DNA of 64,000 nucleotides. It comes from Calcarisporiella thermophila CBS 279.70 (lineage: Eukaryota; Fungi; Calcarisporiellomycota). Position 1 is the first letter of the stretch. Each line of letters opens with the position of its first letter. The DNA lies in contig NW_027192208.1 of assembly GCF_041956535.1 (NCBI RefSeq), positions 313,608 through 377,607 of the forward strand, in the 5' to 3' direction. Below are positions 52,788-64,000 of the stretch, piece by piece. The notes under the pieces are model-generated. The model was not told where the DNA came from and did not search any database. It saw only the letters and a list, made by a program, of their open reading frames with translations. The position numbers were made by a program, and so were the translations under genes.

Positions 52788-54558
52788 ATGCCTTTTAAAT
52801 TGAGAGATCCCTATGCCATCAAACCTACTCGTCGCTATCCCACCCGTCTCACCCAGATTCAATTAATCCGAGATATGTGCGAACTTCAATTACTTCGCCG
52901 CGACTATCCGCTCGCACGACGAGCGTTCGAAGTGATGCAGTTGGCGATACCACTCTTAAAAACAAAAATGGGGGGCATCAATTGTGAAGATGTTGTTGAG
53001 GTAATTATCTAGGCTTCTGACATATCTTATTATAGCTCATTTTTATACCTTGGTTGATTTTTTTTTTCCCTCTTTATAAATAAGACTGGCTTAAGAATAT
53101 TGCGAGGGGAGCGAGATTACGATGACGAATTTGTGCGATTCCTTCGCAGTGTGTTAGCAAAATATAGCAGCCAGTTTGAAGATCCGGTAATTATATGAAC
53201 AAATATCTACCCATACAAATATCTGAACTTTCACTTTTGAATTTCTAGAGGGAAAATATCCTCCTGGAAATAACAATGTCTATGATAAAAAGCAATAAAC
53301 TAAGAGACGCTAGTGGGGAATTGGAAAGGTGCGTACTTATAAATTTTCTACCTCGGTTGGGACTACTAATTTTTCTATTTTTCTTAGCTACATTATCGTG
53401 TCGCCATACAAAGACGATGTAAAACTTCAGTTGGTATATGGCCTGATGGAGATGAAGCAGTATTACGAGACGAGGATGAGATATGAGACAATGGGATATG
53501 TAAATGATCAAGGTGAGTTGAACGTTTTGATGCATGGGTTATACTGAAGGCGAATTGCAGTTGACTTATAGCACATCTGTAGGTACAGAGTCACGATACT
53601 TCCGCCGAGCCATTAATCATTTTAAGCAAGCTTGCCTAGCCAATGAAACAAATAATGATGAAATGGGGTTGTTTTGGATTGTTCAAGTATACGTCGTAAT
53701 TTTATATATATATATTTATTTATTTTAACCAAGGTCATGATTGTCACTCGACAGATGCTAAAAGATGAAAAGAGATACAACGAAGCAATCAGTCTGATCA
53801 ATGATTATATATGTAAAAACCCAGAAAATAGCAAAAGTTGCTCGGTTAGCAAGTACGTGTTCTATGCCTGCTATTCAAAAAAACACTTAGCATTTAACTA
53901 ATCTTGAGTATGTGCTTGTTAGGATGTTACTGGATACAATTGGTGAGAGCGAACGGCAGCAAAAAGAAGAAGAATGGTTTCTTGAAGCTGTAAAGTACTG
54001 TACTAAAAATACGGGAGGAAATGACTCTATTTTTGGAAAATTGGTTGGAGAATATGAAAAAAAGCTGGGTAATAAGAGATTGTTCGAGTTTATCTATTCA
54101 TGAGTGTCGTTTAGGTCGTAATTCATTTTTCTGTTATAAAGTCAAGGAGAAAAGCGGCACAATTCTCCAGAGCTTAACCCAGCTCCTTCTTCGGCGTGTA
54201 TGCGAGTCCAGAGAGGACATGTGGTTAATGGACAAACTGATACTGCATTCATATGTGCTCAAGTATAATCCTTTTTTACAATCTAATAAGGAAATTTCCT
54301 CACCTCATCTCTCTCTCATTATTTAGACAACATTTCCCGTCGTTATTTAGTGCTGAGTGGAGTTCGGATACCACGCTTTCCACTCTCTTTGCCTTCAGAT
54401 TCCCTGCTGTCTATGCAACGAATCTCTTGCTTGAAGGGAGTATCAACCTCATTGATCCAAAATGGATGCGTTGGATGGCATTACTTTATTTTGCCGGAAG
54501 AAAAGAATATTTACCTGCTTTTGACTGGTGTTTAGCAAGCTTTGGAATGGTAGGGTAA
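52788..54558 (+). CDS. Probable RNA polymerase I core factor Rrn11/TAF1A-like TPR protein, multi-exon
   Basis: IQLIRDMCELQLLRRDYPLARRAFEV and ELESYIIVSPYKDDVKLQLVYGL resemble Rrn11 motifs as recalled (LH..LL..DW.RA.RAF; L.....PY.D...L....GL). Several short GT-AG introns. Confidence 0.55.
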
Positions 54559-54839
54559 CCATAGAAAACTTTTAGCTTAAATTGTTCCCAAGAATATCCT
54601 GTATTTAATAAAATGAAATGTACTTTTGAATTTTATGCTGATTGTATTTTAGAACTAATATAAATATTTATTTTCGCTTCTCTGTTATATAACGGCAATT
54701 TTGCCAGCAATTCCCATTGGAATACTCGAACACAACTCCGGATCAAATTAAGAATGAACAAAATTGTGTAAAAGCTTGAAGAGTTTCTCCTAAAACAATT
54801 GAGTTCGAATATTACATGACAACGACCCGCTCTACACAA

Positions 54840-55532
54840 CTAATAATCGTCATCATAATTCACGCTGTCATCAATATATGTGTTGTCTTCGTAAGTGTCA
54901 TTTTCATATGTGATATCCTCGTTCGTAATGTTGTTTGTTTCATAAACATTTGTGACATTTTCGTTGATAATTGTTACATTTTCGCCCCCTCCATACCCAC
55001 CACCGTAACCTCCTCCGTAACCCCCATAGTCCCCTGCGTATACGTAATCATGGTGATGATGGGGTCCGAAATGACTTACAGCATTCGCTGCAAGTCCAGT
55101 TAACAAAGCTCCTCCAACTGCACCAGCAGCCAAGCCCCCTAACATCCCAGCTTTACCTGAACTTCCTTTCGTAGCTTGAGGCCGTGCCTGTACATAGGTT
55201 GTTTGTTGTACTGGGGGAGCAGGAGGCACGGGCGATCCACCACCATAGGATTGAGCCTGAAAAGGAGGCTGCTGTTGCTGCTGCTGTTGCTGATAAGGGG
55301 CAGTATTTGGTTGATAGGGAGACTGCTGGGGAGACGGCGGAGGATAGGAGTTACGTTGCTGATTTGGGTGTTCCCATTGTGAGCGACCTGTTCTTGTATC
55401 AACAAAGAAGTAGCGCTGAGTGTTTTGATCCCACTGCGAGATCCAGCCCTAGTTATCCAAATAATGGTTTTAGCCAAAATGTTAGACTCAAGAAATCTCA
55501 GAGTAAAGATTTACTTGTGGTAATGCTTCCAT
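54840..55532 (-). CDS. WW-domain protein (Wwm1-like) with Gly-zipper segment and acidic Asn/Asp/Tyr tail
   Basis: MEALPQ|GWISQWDQNTQRYFFVDTRTGRSQWEHP; P/Q/Y linker; MLGGLAAGAVGGALLTGLA; tail ENVTIINENVTNVYETNN...YDDDY. Confidence 0.85.
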
Positions 55533-55957
55533 TGTAGAAAATATATAGTGAAAGAGAGATGATTAAATGCGAAATGGAGGTAAATAAATTATTGAGTAGG
55601 ATAAGAGTAGAAACAAAGAAATATACTAAAATAAATACGTGTAAGAGACGTGTGATTTTATAGCCAAATTGGTGGTACTTTCTTGGCTTTGTTACATCAG
55701 TATTTTAAGGGACTGCATTGGGTTGGTGGTTCAATTTCAAAAGCTTTTGGTTGCCACACAAGCAGGCTTTATGCCAAGCCAAGACTTGGTCACAGCTCTT
55801 TCAAACAATCCGTAGGGTCGAACCCATCAAAGAATGGGCGTGATACGAATCGAATACGAGAAAAGATTATTAAAGCATGAACTATTATATAGAATACAAC
55901 ACGATAATAATAAACCGTAAAAGATATCTTTTCTTTTTCTTTTATATGCTTTCCTCT

Positions 55958-56675
55958 TTACTTAAATTTATATCCTTTTCCACTCCATCCTTTTCCGCCC
56001 CACCCTTTCCCTCCCCATCCTTTCCCTCCCCATCCTTTCCCCTTCCAGCCCTTTCCTTTCCAACCTTTATATTTATGGCCACCCATCCATCCTCCGTGAT
56101 GTCCATGATGACCATGGCCGCCCATGATTTTACCTGCAAGTCCAGTTAGTAGGGCGCCACCTACAGCACCAGCCGCAAGACCACCAAGCATTCCACCGGA
56201 ACCCGGCACCTTGTTAGCTTTGGATGGCTTGGAGCTTGATGATCCAGAATATGGTTGGTAGTTTTGAGGCTGAGGTTGCGGCTGAGGATGTGGATATGGT
56301 TGCTGATAAGGAGAACTGTGCGATTGTGGATAGGGGGCATAAGGGGAAGATTGGTAAGACTGAGTAGTATAAGAGGGGTGTTGTTGCTGAGGATACGGCG
56401 AATGAGGCTGCGTATAAGGAGAAGGAGCTTGCTGTGGACCAGGATGCTCCCACTGCGAGCGACCTGTTTTAGTATCTACAAAGTAGGGTGTTTTCAACTT
56501 TGTTCTTTCATTAGATTGTCAGTATACTACTCACCTACGTAGTAATAGCGCTGGTTATTGGGATCCCATTGTGAGATCCAGCCCTAAAAGAGGTGGAAAA
56601 GTATTTGTGATGAGATTAGAACAAATCATTGCACTCGGGATAAAGGAAATGGTAAATTACTGTTGGCAAATCCAT
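55958..56675 (-). CDS. WW-domain protein paralog with Gly-zipper segment and basic (KGW)n tail
   Basis: MDLPT|GWISQWDPNNQRYYYV|DTKTGRSQWEHP; the same MLGGLAAGAVGGALLTGLA; tail KGWKGKGWKGKGWGGKGWGGKGWGGKGWSGKGYKFK. Confidence 0.85.
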
Positions 56676-57447
56676 TTTAAATGTTTTTATTTTTCGTGAA
56701 AAGGAATGGTAGAATCTGCAGAGCCAAGATATTCAGATTTTCAGACTTTTAGATTGAGACATTTTTCTGTGCTCGTGGCTGGGGTAAGTCTATTTGGTAT
56801 CTCTCTTCGATTATAATGGGCTGGATACATTAAATCGAGATTATTCAAGCGAACTAAATTTTGCTAGTATACAATAATAAATCAGAGTTGACCGCTGAAG
56901 AATCTGCTGTGGTTTTCTGTTTCAAGAGAAAAGATTCAATATCTTTTTTCGTGTATCCGTAACCAATCCTCAATTGGAATATTATTCGCCATTTCTTCCA
57001 GTTTTATAACAATCAATGTTTTATGATTGTGATGAATATGAGGCGCAGTATATCGTCTAATAGAAATATCTTCAATCTCTTGTCTCTCTATTCCTTTTCA
57101 CTCCTTCCCTCGTTGCCTTCTTGTCCTTTCTGGCTTCGTCTTTTTCTTTTTTGTTTACCTGCTCATCGGGAACAAAAGGATCAACTTAATAAACAAAAAA
57201 GTAGTACACACTTTCTAAAGAGATTTTTAACGTTTTCACAACTCTTTAGAGGTGATTCTTTTTTGTTTATTTTTCCACCGATATTTGTTCCAAAGCCCAA
57301 TCGTCACGATAATTTTCTTGTAATTTACGATCCAACAAAAGATTTTCTGCTTTACGCTATTGTCTATATTCCATATATATATACATTTTTTTCTTTATTT
57401 TATTTTTTGTTTTTATACATCAGCATTTTTTTGATTAATTTTTCATC

Positions 57448-59029
57448 ATGTCCGACACTCAAGATCTTCAACAGCAAAGTCCCCCGCCGCAGCAACATCA
57501 AGAGTCGATGATGCCCTCCCGCTCTGATAGTATGCGGCGTAAGCCAAACACACCACGGGGCTACAAGGGTGATCGAAAAGATAAGCAGAAACACAAGGTA
57601 TTGGAACTATGAATGCTATCATGTTTACATTTTATCTTCCTTTATTCAATCACAAACCATCTTGCCTAATCTCCTAACAAATTCATGCTCTTATATTTTG
57701 ATTTAGAACGAAAAGAAAGCGGCTGAAAATGCCAATTTAACCCAACAACCTTCTGACGCTGTTGCTTCCCCTCCCATGCAACAGCAACCTTTTTCTCAGC
57801 CATTATCTCCGCCTCAGATGCAAACGCTTGCACCACAGACACCACAGAAGCAACAGCAATCGCAGCAGTCGCAAAATTCAACCACTCCAGTTGCGCAATC
57901 TCCAGTTGCTACAATAATGACGGAGGTGGAAGGCCAGCAAGTCGAAGTCATCCCTACTGCGATAGTCATCAAGAATATTCCATTTTCTCTCAAGCGTGAT
58001 GCACTTTTGGCATATATGTCTCAGCTTGATATCCCAAAGCCATATGCATTCAACTATCATTTCGATAATGGTGTCTTTCGTGGGTTAGCTTTTGCGAATT
58101 TTAGAACCATGGACGAGACAGCACAGGTTGTACAGATACTCAATGGATGTGAAGTGGGTGGAAGGAAGTTAAGGGTTGAGTACAAAAAGGTTTTAGCCGT
58201 GGGGCAGAGCCAAATGGGACTAGGACAGGCTCAAGGGATGGCAACTCCAGAGAAGCCAGAGAAAAAGCCTCAAGTGAACGCTAATGGAAAGGATTTGGGT
58301 GTCCAGGTGGAAAATGCTGGGAGGAAGGAGGGCGGTGAGAGTAAAAAAGAGAAAAAAAATGGGAAAAAGGAGGAAAAGCCTTCAGAAGATAGGGCAAGCG
58401 GAAGATCACCTCAACCTCAAAGGCAACCTATGACGCAGCAACAACAACAGCAGCACCAGCAACAGCAAATGTACCAAATGCAACAACAGCTAGATGTTCT
58501 GAACTTGAATGATCCGATGACTCTGCAATTTTATGACCAATTACTTTTATTCCGTGGAGATGGCGGACGCGATGAACTTGTATACTCTGGGTTGAATTTG
58601 GCACAACAACGAGTGGTCCAAATGATTGCACAAAAACTACAGCTGTACTATTATACCACTGCCGCTGCGGACAGCGACAGGGAGACAGAACAACAGTTGC
58701 ACATAGCACGACAACCAGCACCTGCAGTCAAACCTCCTCAACTCAAGAGCCTCAATCATCGACCTTCCCGCGAACGTTTGGCAGCCACCAATAGTGGAGC
58801 TGACCATATTTTACGTAAAGAGCGAAGCATGCCTGATTTGGTGGGGTCATCCCGCTCTGCATTACGCAAGGCGATGGGAAATGGGGCCGGAGCTGGAGGA
58901 TTCGGTTTGGGAGGAGTTGGAACAATGGGTGCGGGAGTAAGCGGAGATTTCATAGTTGTGCAGCCTGTGAGGCAACCTAAAGGCCCAGAGCCTGGGAGAA
59001 ACTTCGCTGCACGAATGGCAGTGGCATAA
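57448..59029 (+). CDS. PIN4: RRM plus R3H-like RNA-binding protein, Pin4/Cip2 family
   Basis: IPTAIVIKNIPFSLK..PYAFNYHFDNGVFRGLAFANF..GRKLRVEYKK; LNLNDPMTLQFYDQLLLF; C-terminal RQPKGP. First exon begins at ATG 57448. Confidence 0.85.
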
Positions 59030-59708
59030 ATATAAATATAAATATAAATATATATTAATTATTTTTATGGATGGATGTGCGTGTGTTGATACCAGTCGTA
59101 AATTGCTCTTTCAATTCATGCCCTTTCGCTTTTTGTGTTTTTTTTTTTCTTCCTTTATCTACAGTATTTAGAATTGACGACTTTATTGCGCATAAATAAA
59201 ATACGATATTGGATGAATTCAATAATAAAAACAAATGCCATAAGTGCAATTGAAAACTATTTACTTGATCAGAGCGAGTTTTTCCGTATTTAACACTGGC
59301 TTGAGACCAAAAATAATATGGTGTGCAAAACCAATGAAAGACTATCAGGCATTCGCGAAAAATTAATGCGAATCTAACTAATAACATTCAAATCCCTCCA
59401 ACGGGTATGGAACAGGCCAAGTTTACAGCATACGCCACCATTCTCTGTCGACGATAGCAAAGAATTGCAAAGTTGCCCGATATTCATTCAACTTAAAGGA
59501 CGACTATTACAGGTTTAAACAACCAAAAAATCATTCATTCCTATTAGTTGGATTTAAGAACTCCAGCAGCGCACTATAAAAATAGTCTCATTCTATTTTG
59601 AGAGACTTATTCTTTTGCTTGAGAAGTAAACTTTAGTTGATTTTTGAATGAACGAAAAATTTATTTTATAAAAAATTAAGTGAATATAAATCAGAATGCG
59701 TTGAGTAT

Positions 59709-60062
59709 TTAAAGAGCGTTGGCAGAGAAACATTGAGCGGCACCAACGTTAGCGAGACCCTCCTGGTCGAAGGTGTCACAGCAAACGTGAGCCTGCTTGT
59801 TCTGGCACTTTTGGTTCACGGCAGCCGACACGCCGATGATGGCAGCAAGTGGAAGGTTGTCGATCAGACTGCATCCAGTGAAGACACCAACGGCAGCACC
59901 AAGTAAACCGTTGCCGTCAGCATCGTTCGAGTTCTGTTGGTTGCAGCAGGCAACCTTTTGGTTGGCATTGCAAGAGTTGGTAATGCCGCCCTTACCAGTT
60001 GGATGAGCCAGAACAGAGGCAATGAGGGTAACAAAAGCGACGAAGGAGAGTTTCATTTGCAT
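59709..60062 (-). CDS. Class I-type hydrophobin, copy A
   Basis: 117 aa, signal peptide, exactly 8 Cys in C-X7-CC-X23-C-X21-C-X7-CC-X15-C; hydrophobic loops; TATA (CTATATAAAG on minus) near 60180; intronless. Confidence 0.92.
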   Translation of the reverse strand: MQMKLSFVAFVTLIASVLAHPTGKGGITNSCNANQKVACCNQQNSNDADGNGLLGAAVGVFTGCSLIDNLPLAAIIGVSAAVNQKCQNKQAHVCCDTFDQEGLANVGAAQCFSANAL

Positions 60063-61186
60063 ATTGGAATTATTGATGAGTATTAGAGGTGAAATTAAGT
60101 TGATTATATGTGTAGATGAGTTGAAGAGTGAAGAGATGAAGAGTGAATTGATGAGCTGGAGAGGAATCCATTCGCCCTCTTTATATAGATTTCTCGCAGG
60201 AAAAAAGTAGTCCTTTAGTGGTCGTTAAATATAACTTAATTTAGAATTAATCAGGCCGTTTCTTTAGATCCATTATATTCGAATCTCCTTTCGAGCGATT
60301 AAGTGCATATCATCCGGTAAACCCTTATAGAGGAATAGGATGGCGGGCGAGGGGATAATGAAATCGATTGCCAAAATCAGTGCTTAGCAACGTTGGTGAC
60401 TTACTAATATAGTAACAAGTTATTTTTTAACTTGAATTTTCTCTGCAAATATACCAGGCCTCTCTTGCATCCGTTTATTTTCCTACATTATGCTGGGTAT
60501 ACCCGCTGCAGTCAAAGTTCAATTACAGATTACTTGTTTTTGCTTTTGAGGCTTTTTATGTAATCCTCCATTGTTGAACGACCGATTTCTTTTTTAGTTA
60601 GGAATGAGATCTGCCAGTAAATGCCGCCCTCCTACCACAATGAAAAACAATAGGACAACACTCAAAAAAGCTCGACCCGAAATATGCTCACTCTCAAGTC
60701 TGCCGCTGAACAGCCCTCCAACCTACTGAATCCTGCTTTTACGGGTGCGTAATTCTTCTGCACCTCATAATAAATTATATATCCATGCAGGAATTCTGAG
60801 AGAAAAATGAATGCGAGTAATCAATATAGCCAATATGTTTAAGTTTACTTTATTCACATTTAGAAATATTCTCCATGTCGATTTCACTTTATTTCATTAT
60901 AGTAAAGTTGTAAATTTTTGCCGAAAGGGCTAATTCCTCAGAGCTTCGCTCGAAATAACAAAAAAATTCAAAAAAAAAATCTGTTTCATGCTTTTTTCTC
61001 GGAGAATGAGTATTATGTTATTTTCTTGAAGCACAATTGAATTTAATAAAAAATCATATCATGTTTATGAAATAAATCAGTCGAAATAAAGGATCTTTAT
61101 ATAGTCACTTTGGGTTAAATCAATTAAATGTTAAATGATCACAGCAAAATATTGCCAATAAAAATTGAAATGCAGATGAATAATAA

Positions 61187-61528
61187 TTAGAGAACATTGA
61201 GTGCGCTACAACTGACGAGATCAACATTGATGATTCCGTTCTGAACCTTCTCGTCACAGCACACAGTGGCCTGCTTGTTCTGGCACTTCTGGTTTACTGC
61301 AAGAGCAGCACCAAGGATTCCAACGGGGATGTTGTCAATGAGACTGCATCCAGTGAACACACCAATGGGGATGCCTAGGAGGCCATTCCCTCCTTTGTTC
61401 GTGTTTTGCTGGTTGCAGCAGTAGACGTGTTGGTTGGCGTTACAGCTGTTGGAAACACCTCCCTTGGGGTGGGCAGCAGCGGCGGCAATGAGAGCAAAGA
61501 TAGCAGCGAAAGAGAGTTGCATGCGCAT
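61187..61528 (-). CDS. Class I-type hydrophobin, copy B (tandem paralog)
   Basis: 113 aa, signal peptide, C-X7-CC-X22-C-X20-C-X7-CC-X15-C; shares NSCNANQ, CCNQQN, GVFTGCSLIDN and AVNQKCQNKQA with copy A; intronless. Confidence 0.92.
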   Translation of the reverse strand: MRMQLSFAAIFALIAAAAAHPKGGVSNSCNANQHVYCCNQQNTNKGGNGLLGIPIGVFTGCSLIDNIPVGILGAALAVNQKCQNKQATVCCDEKVQNGIINVDLVSCSALNVL

Positions 61529-63827
61529 GTTGATAATATTTATGAAGTCAGGAAGTGAAAATGAAGTGAATTAAAATATGAGGAGGTGTGTTGTGGTTAG
61601 ATTCTCGAGACGACCACCAGCCTTTAAATACGCACTCTTTGGGTTAGAACAGCCAGTGACTTCTCGCAAATATTACTTTTTAAAGACTTAATTTCTTTCG
61701 CCTATTTTGATTGACGAGTGTTCGTTTGGATTTCCTACAACCAGATTACTTGCATTTGTTAAATTACTGTGTGCAGAACACATGCCTTGAAACTGTGGCG
61801 GAGACGGATCCGAATAAAATGTTGTCCCTAAAAAGGCTAATAATAACGAAGTTAGGTACCAAAATAGAACAAAGTTTTTAAAAACAGGACCTGACTCTGT
61901 TCTGAGATTTTGACCAGAACTTGTGTATGTCGGCACCAAATTATAGTTTCGAAAGTGTTCCTCTGATTTATCTCACAGATCGTAATTGTATAACAGCATA
62001 TCCGCTGAATTAATGCCAACAGACCGCCACGATGTACTTGATCCACTGTCATATAAATAGTAATGATACCACAGACAAGAAGTATATTGTATCTTGAAAA
62101 TATATATACTATCTGTCATCTGTACCATCGTCAATACCATAACCTATCATGACTACATTAAACAAAGTGAAATTAAAAAAATCCTTAAGTAAGAGGTTAA
62201 AGTAATTCTTACCTTATAGCGATGGCTCAAGCTACTTGATATTTTCTAAAAATAGATAATACAAACGGGCACGCCTACTAAAAAAAGCCACAGTAAAAGG
62301 CAGGTGGGAAATCCAGTTTGGCAGCAAGAATATGCAATGCGAATATATTGATCTCGGGGTTGGCGTTGATTTTGGACGAATTATTTGTTAGAGTTAATTG
62401 CCGATTCAATTAACTTTCAGCACATTTATTATCTTCACCAAACTTTATTAATAACTTCCATATGTATAAGGCATCCGTAGTTCTAGAGCCACACTGGATA
62501 ATTCTGCGATTTATCTCAGGTAGTTTCAAAAACCGGACCAATTCAATATCATATACTGCCACTATTTTTCCAGTCCATAATACCATTTTATAATACCGGT
62601 TAAGATTTGAGATTTCAAAATCCTGGCTCTGGTGGCACTCTTCGAATTTGAAACCCAAAATACCTTTCAGTAGAGCTCATATACTACAGAAACCAACGCA
62701 AACAAGGAGTATTTATGGGTGATCTTCATTTTGGTTTAATTTTCAAACAGCATGGCATCTCAGACGTCTGGTGGGCTCCAATACCTTTCGAACGTGCTGA
62801 GTGAAGGGATTTTTCATACTCTAAATTCTATTACCAAGTTGTCTAAAAACAATAAAGTGACCAATATTCTAATTGTTCATAAAAAGTTCCTCAGGTAGTA
62901 ATGTCTTTGGAATAATAATACTCTAAACCATAACTGTATTTTGTTTTTAGATATATAATTAAATTTTTTTATTAGATCAAATATTATTTATATTAACAAA
63001 TAACGGGAAAAGCATTTTGAATTTAAATCGTTAGACCATTCTGATTGTGGGAAAAGAGAAAGAAAAGTAAAAAAGTCCAATGAGACCAAGGTTAATATCA
63101 AACCATCATTGTCAAAATTCATAAGACATGCTGGGCATTAGTTATAGAATATTTTTAGATATGATTAAGTTCTTATACTGCAAAAGATAAAGAGAGAAGG
63201 ATTGAAAAATATTCATAAGAATTTAGGAAATCACTGATAAATTATTTTTGTTTTAATATTTTTAAAATCAAAATTTCAAGTTTACTGTTTGTTATTGCTA
63301 TATATTTAACAAAACATTCCCATGATAAACTCCAAACTCTGGTTGAATGCCTAGGCGAATATATCCAGCTTGAGTTGAAATTCTAATATTGAATGTAGGA
63401 AATAACTGAACAGTGAAAGGTTAGAGTCATTCGATATATTCATATAGAAGATTTGTAATAAAGCAAATTCTATTATGGATTTAGCTCCAAACCATCAAGT
63501 GCAAAAAACGTTTGTTCTAAATTAGCATCTAGATTTTAACAAATATAATAAAAGCTAGAGGTATTTTCAAGTATCTACCAGGTTTTATTAGCATACACTC
63601 ATAAACTAAATTATAATTCATTAACTGGCAAACATTAGCATTAGTTTTATTATACAAGTTGATTCACGAGCTTAAGGGGGATTCTGTTTGGCTCGTGTTA
63701 CAGTTGAATATTAAATCACAATAAAAATAAATTATATCATTTTCTTTCCTACTTTTTTGATGAAACACCGATAAATATAAAATTGGAAAAAAAGTATTTC
63801 TCAAAAGAAAAATTTGATTGCTAATTT

Positions 63828-63900
63828 CACCCACACCAGGGATCGAACCTGGAATCTTCTGCTTAGGAGGCAGACGCCGTATCCATTTGGCCATGTGGGC
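63828..63900 (-). tRNA. tRNA-Arg (anticodon CCT)
   Basis: Minus strand GCCCACATGGCCAAATGGATACGGCGTCTGCCTCCTAAGCAGAAGATTCCAGGTTCGATCCCTGGTGTGGGTG: acceptor stem GCCCACA/TGTGGGT, anticodon arm TCTGC-CTCCTAA-GCAGA, T-loop GGTTCGA, oligo-T downstream. Confidence 0.96.
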
Positions 63901-64000
63901 TTTCCAGTTGTTTTGATGTTGGAGTGGCATCACAATATCTGCAGTAAGGTAACCAAGACAAGCCACATAATCCCTCTCAAGCCCGGGGGAGGGTTAGTGT

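Noticed and set aside
61688-62760. Stop-interrupted minus-strand reading frames, vaguely kelch-like (VVMIGYGIDDG)
   Set aside because: May be a decayed gene, but I cannot assign a family without a translated search.
63664-63966. 100-aa minus-strand ORF
   Set aside because: It overlaps the tRNA-Arg gene and AT-rich flank, so it is spurious.

Overview
Gene-dense, intron-rich eukaryotic DNA, best read as a fungus outside Dikarya (probably Mucoromycota; inferred from gene content, not from a database search). About 0-44 kb is compact housekeeping genes: CAP/PR-1 protein, CYM1/PreP, ATP10, PMT1, DCAF12-like, NUSAP1-like, RPS14, RPL12, PAM17, KICS2/C12orf66-like, Pcl-type cyclin, RlpA/DPBB protein, NDUFA11, KAR9-GAS2, TMEM243-like, paxillin-like LIM, animal-type HPRT, BAG, DSK2, eIF3d and TRM5. 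From about 44 kb the DNA is sparser and more AT-rich. It holds a Cys-rich microprotein candidate, a degenerate CAP protein, a Tc1 relic, a PQ-loop transporter, an Rrn11-like gene, two tandem WW-domain paralogs with oppositely charged tails, a PIN4-like gene, two tandem intronless class I (RodA-like) hydrophobins and tRNA-Arg(CCT). Main finding: hydrophobins, usually treated as a Dikarya hallmark, share a contig with several animal-type genes absent from model yeasts. That points to a rodlet/hydrophobin system in an early-diverging fungus, possibly acquired horizontally. Exon structures were traced by hand and family calls rest on remembered motifs, so both need HMM or RNA-seq confirmation.
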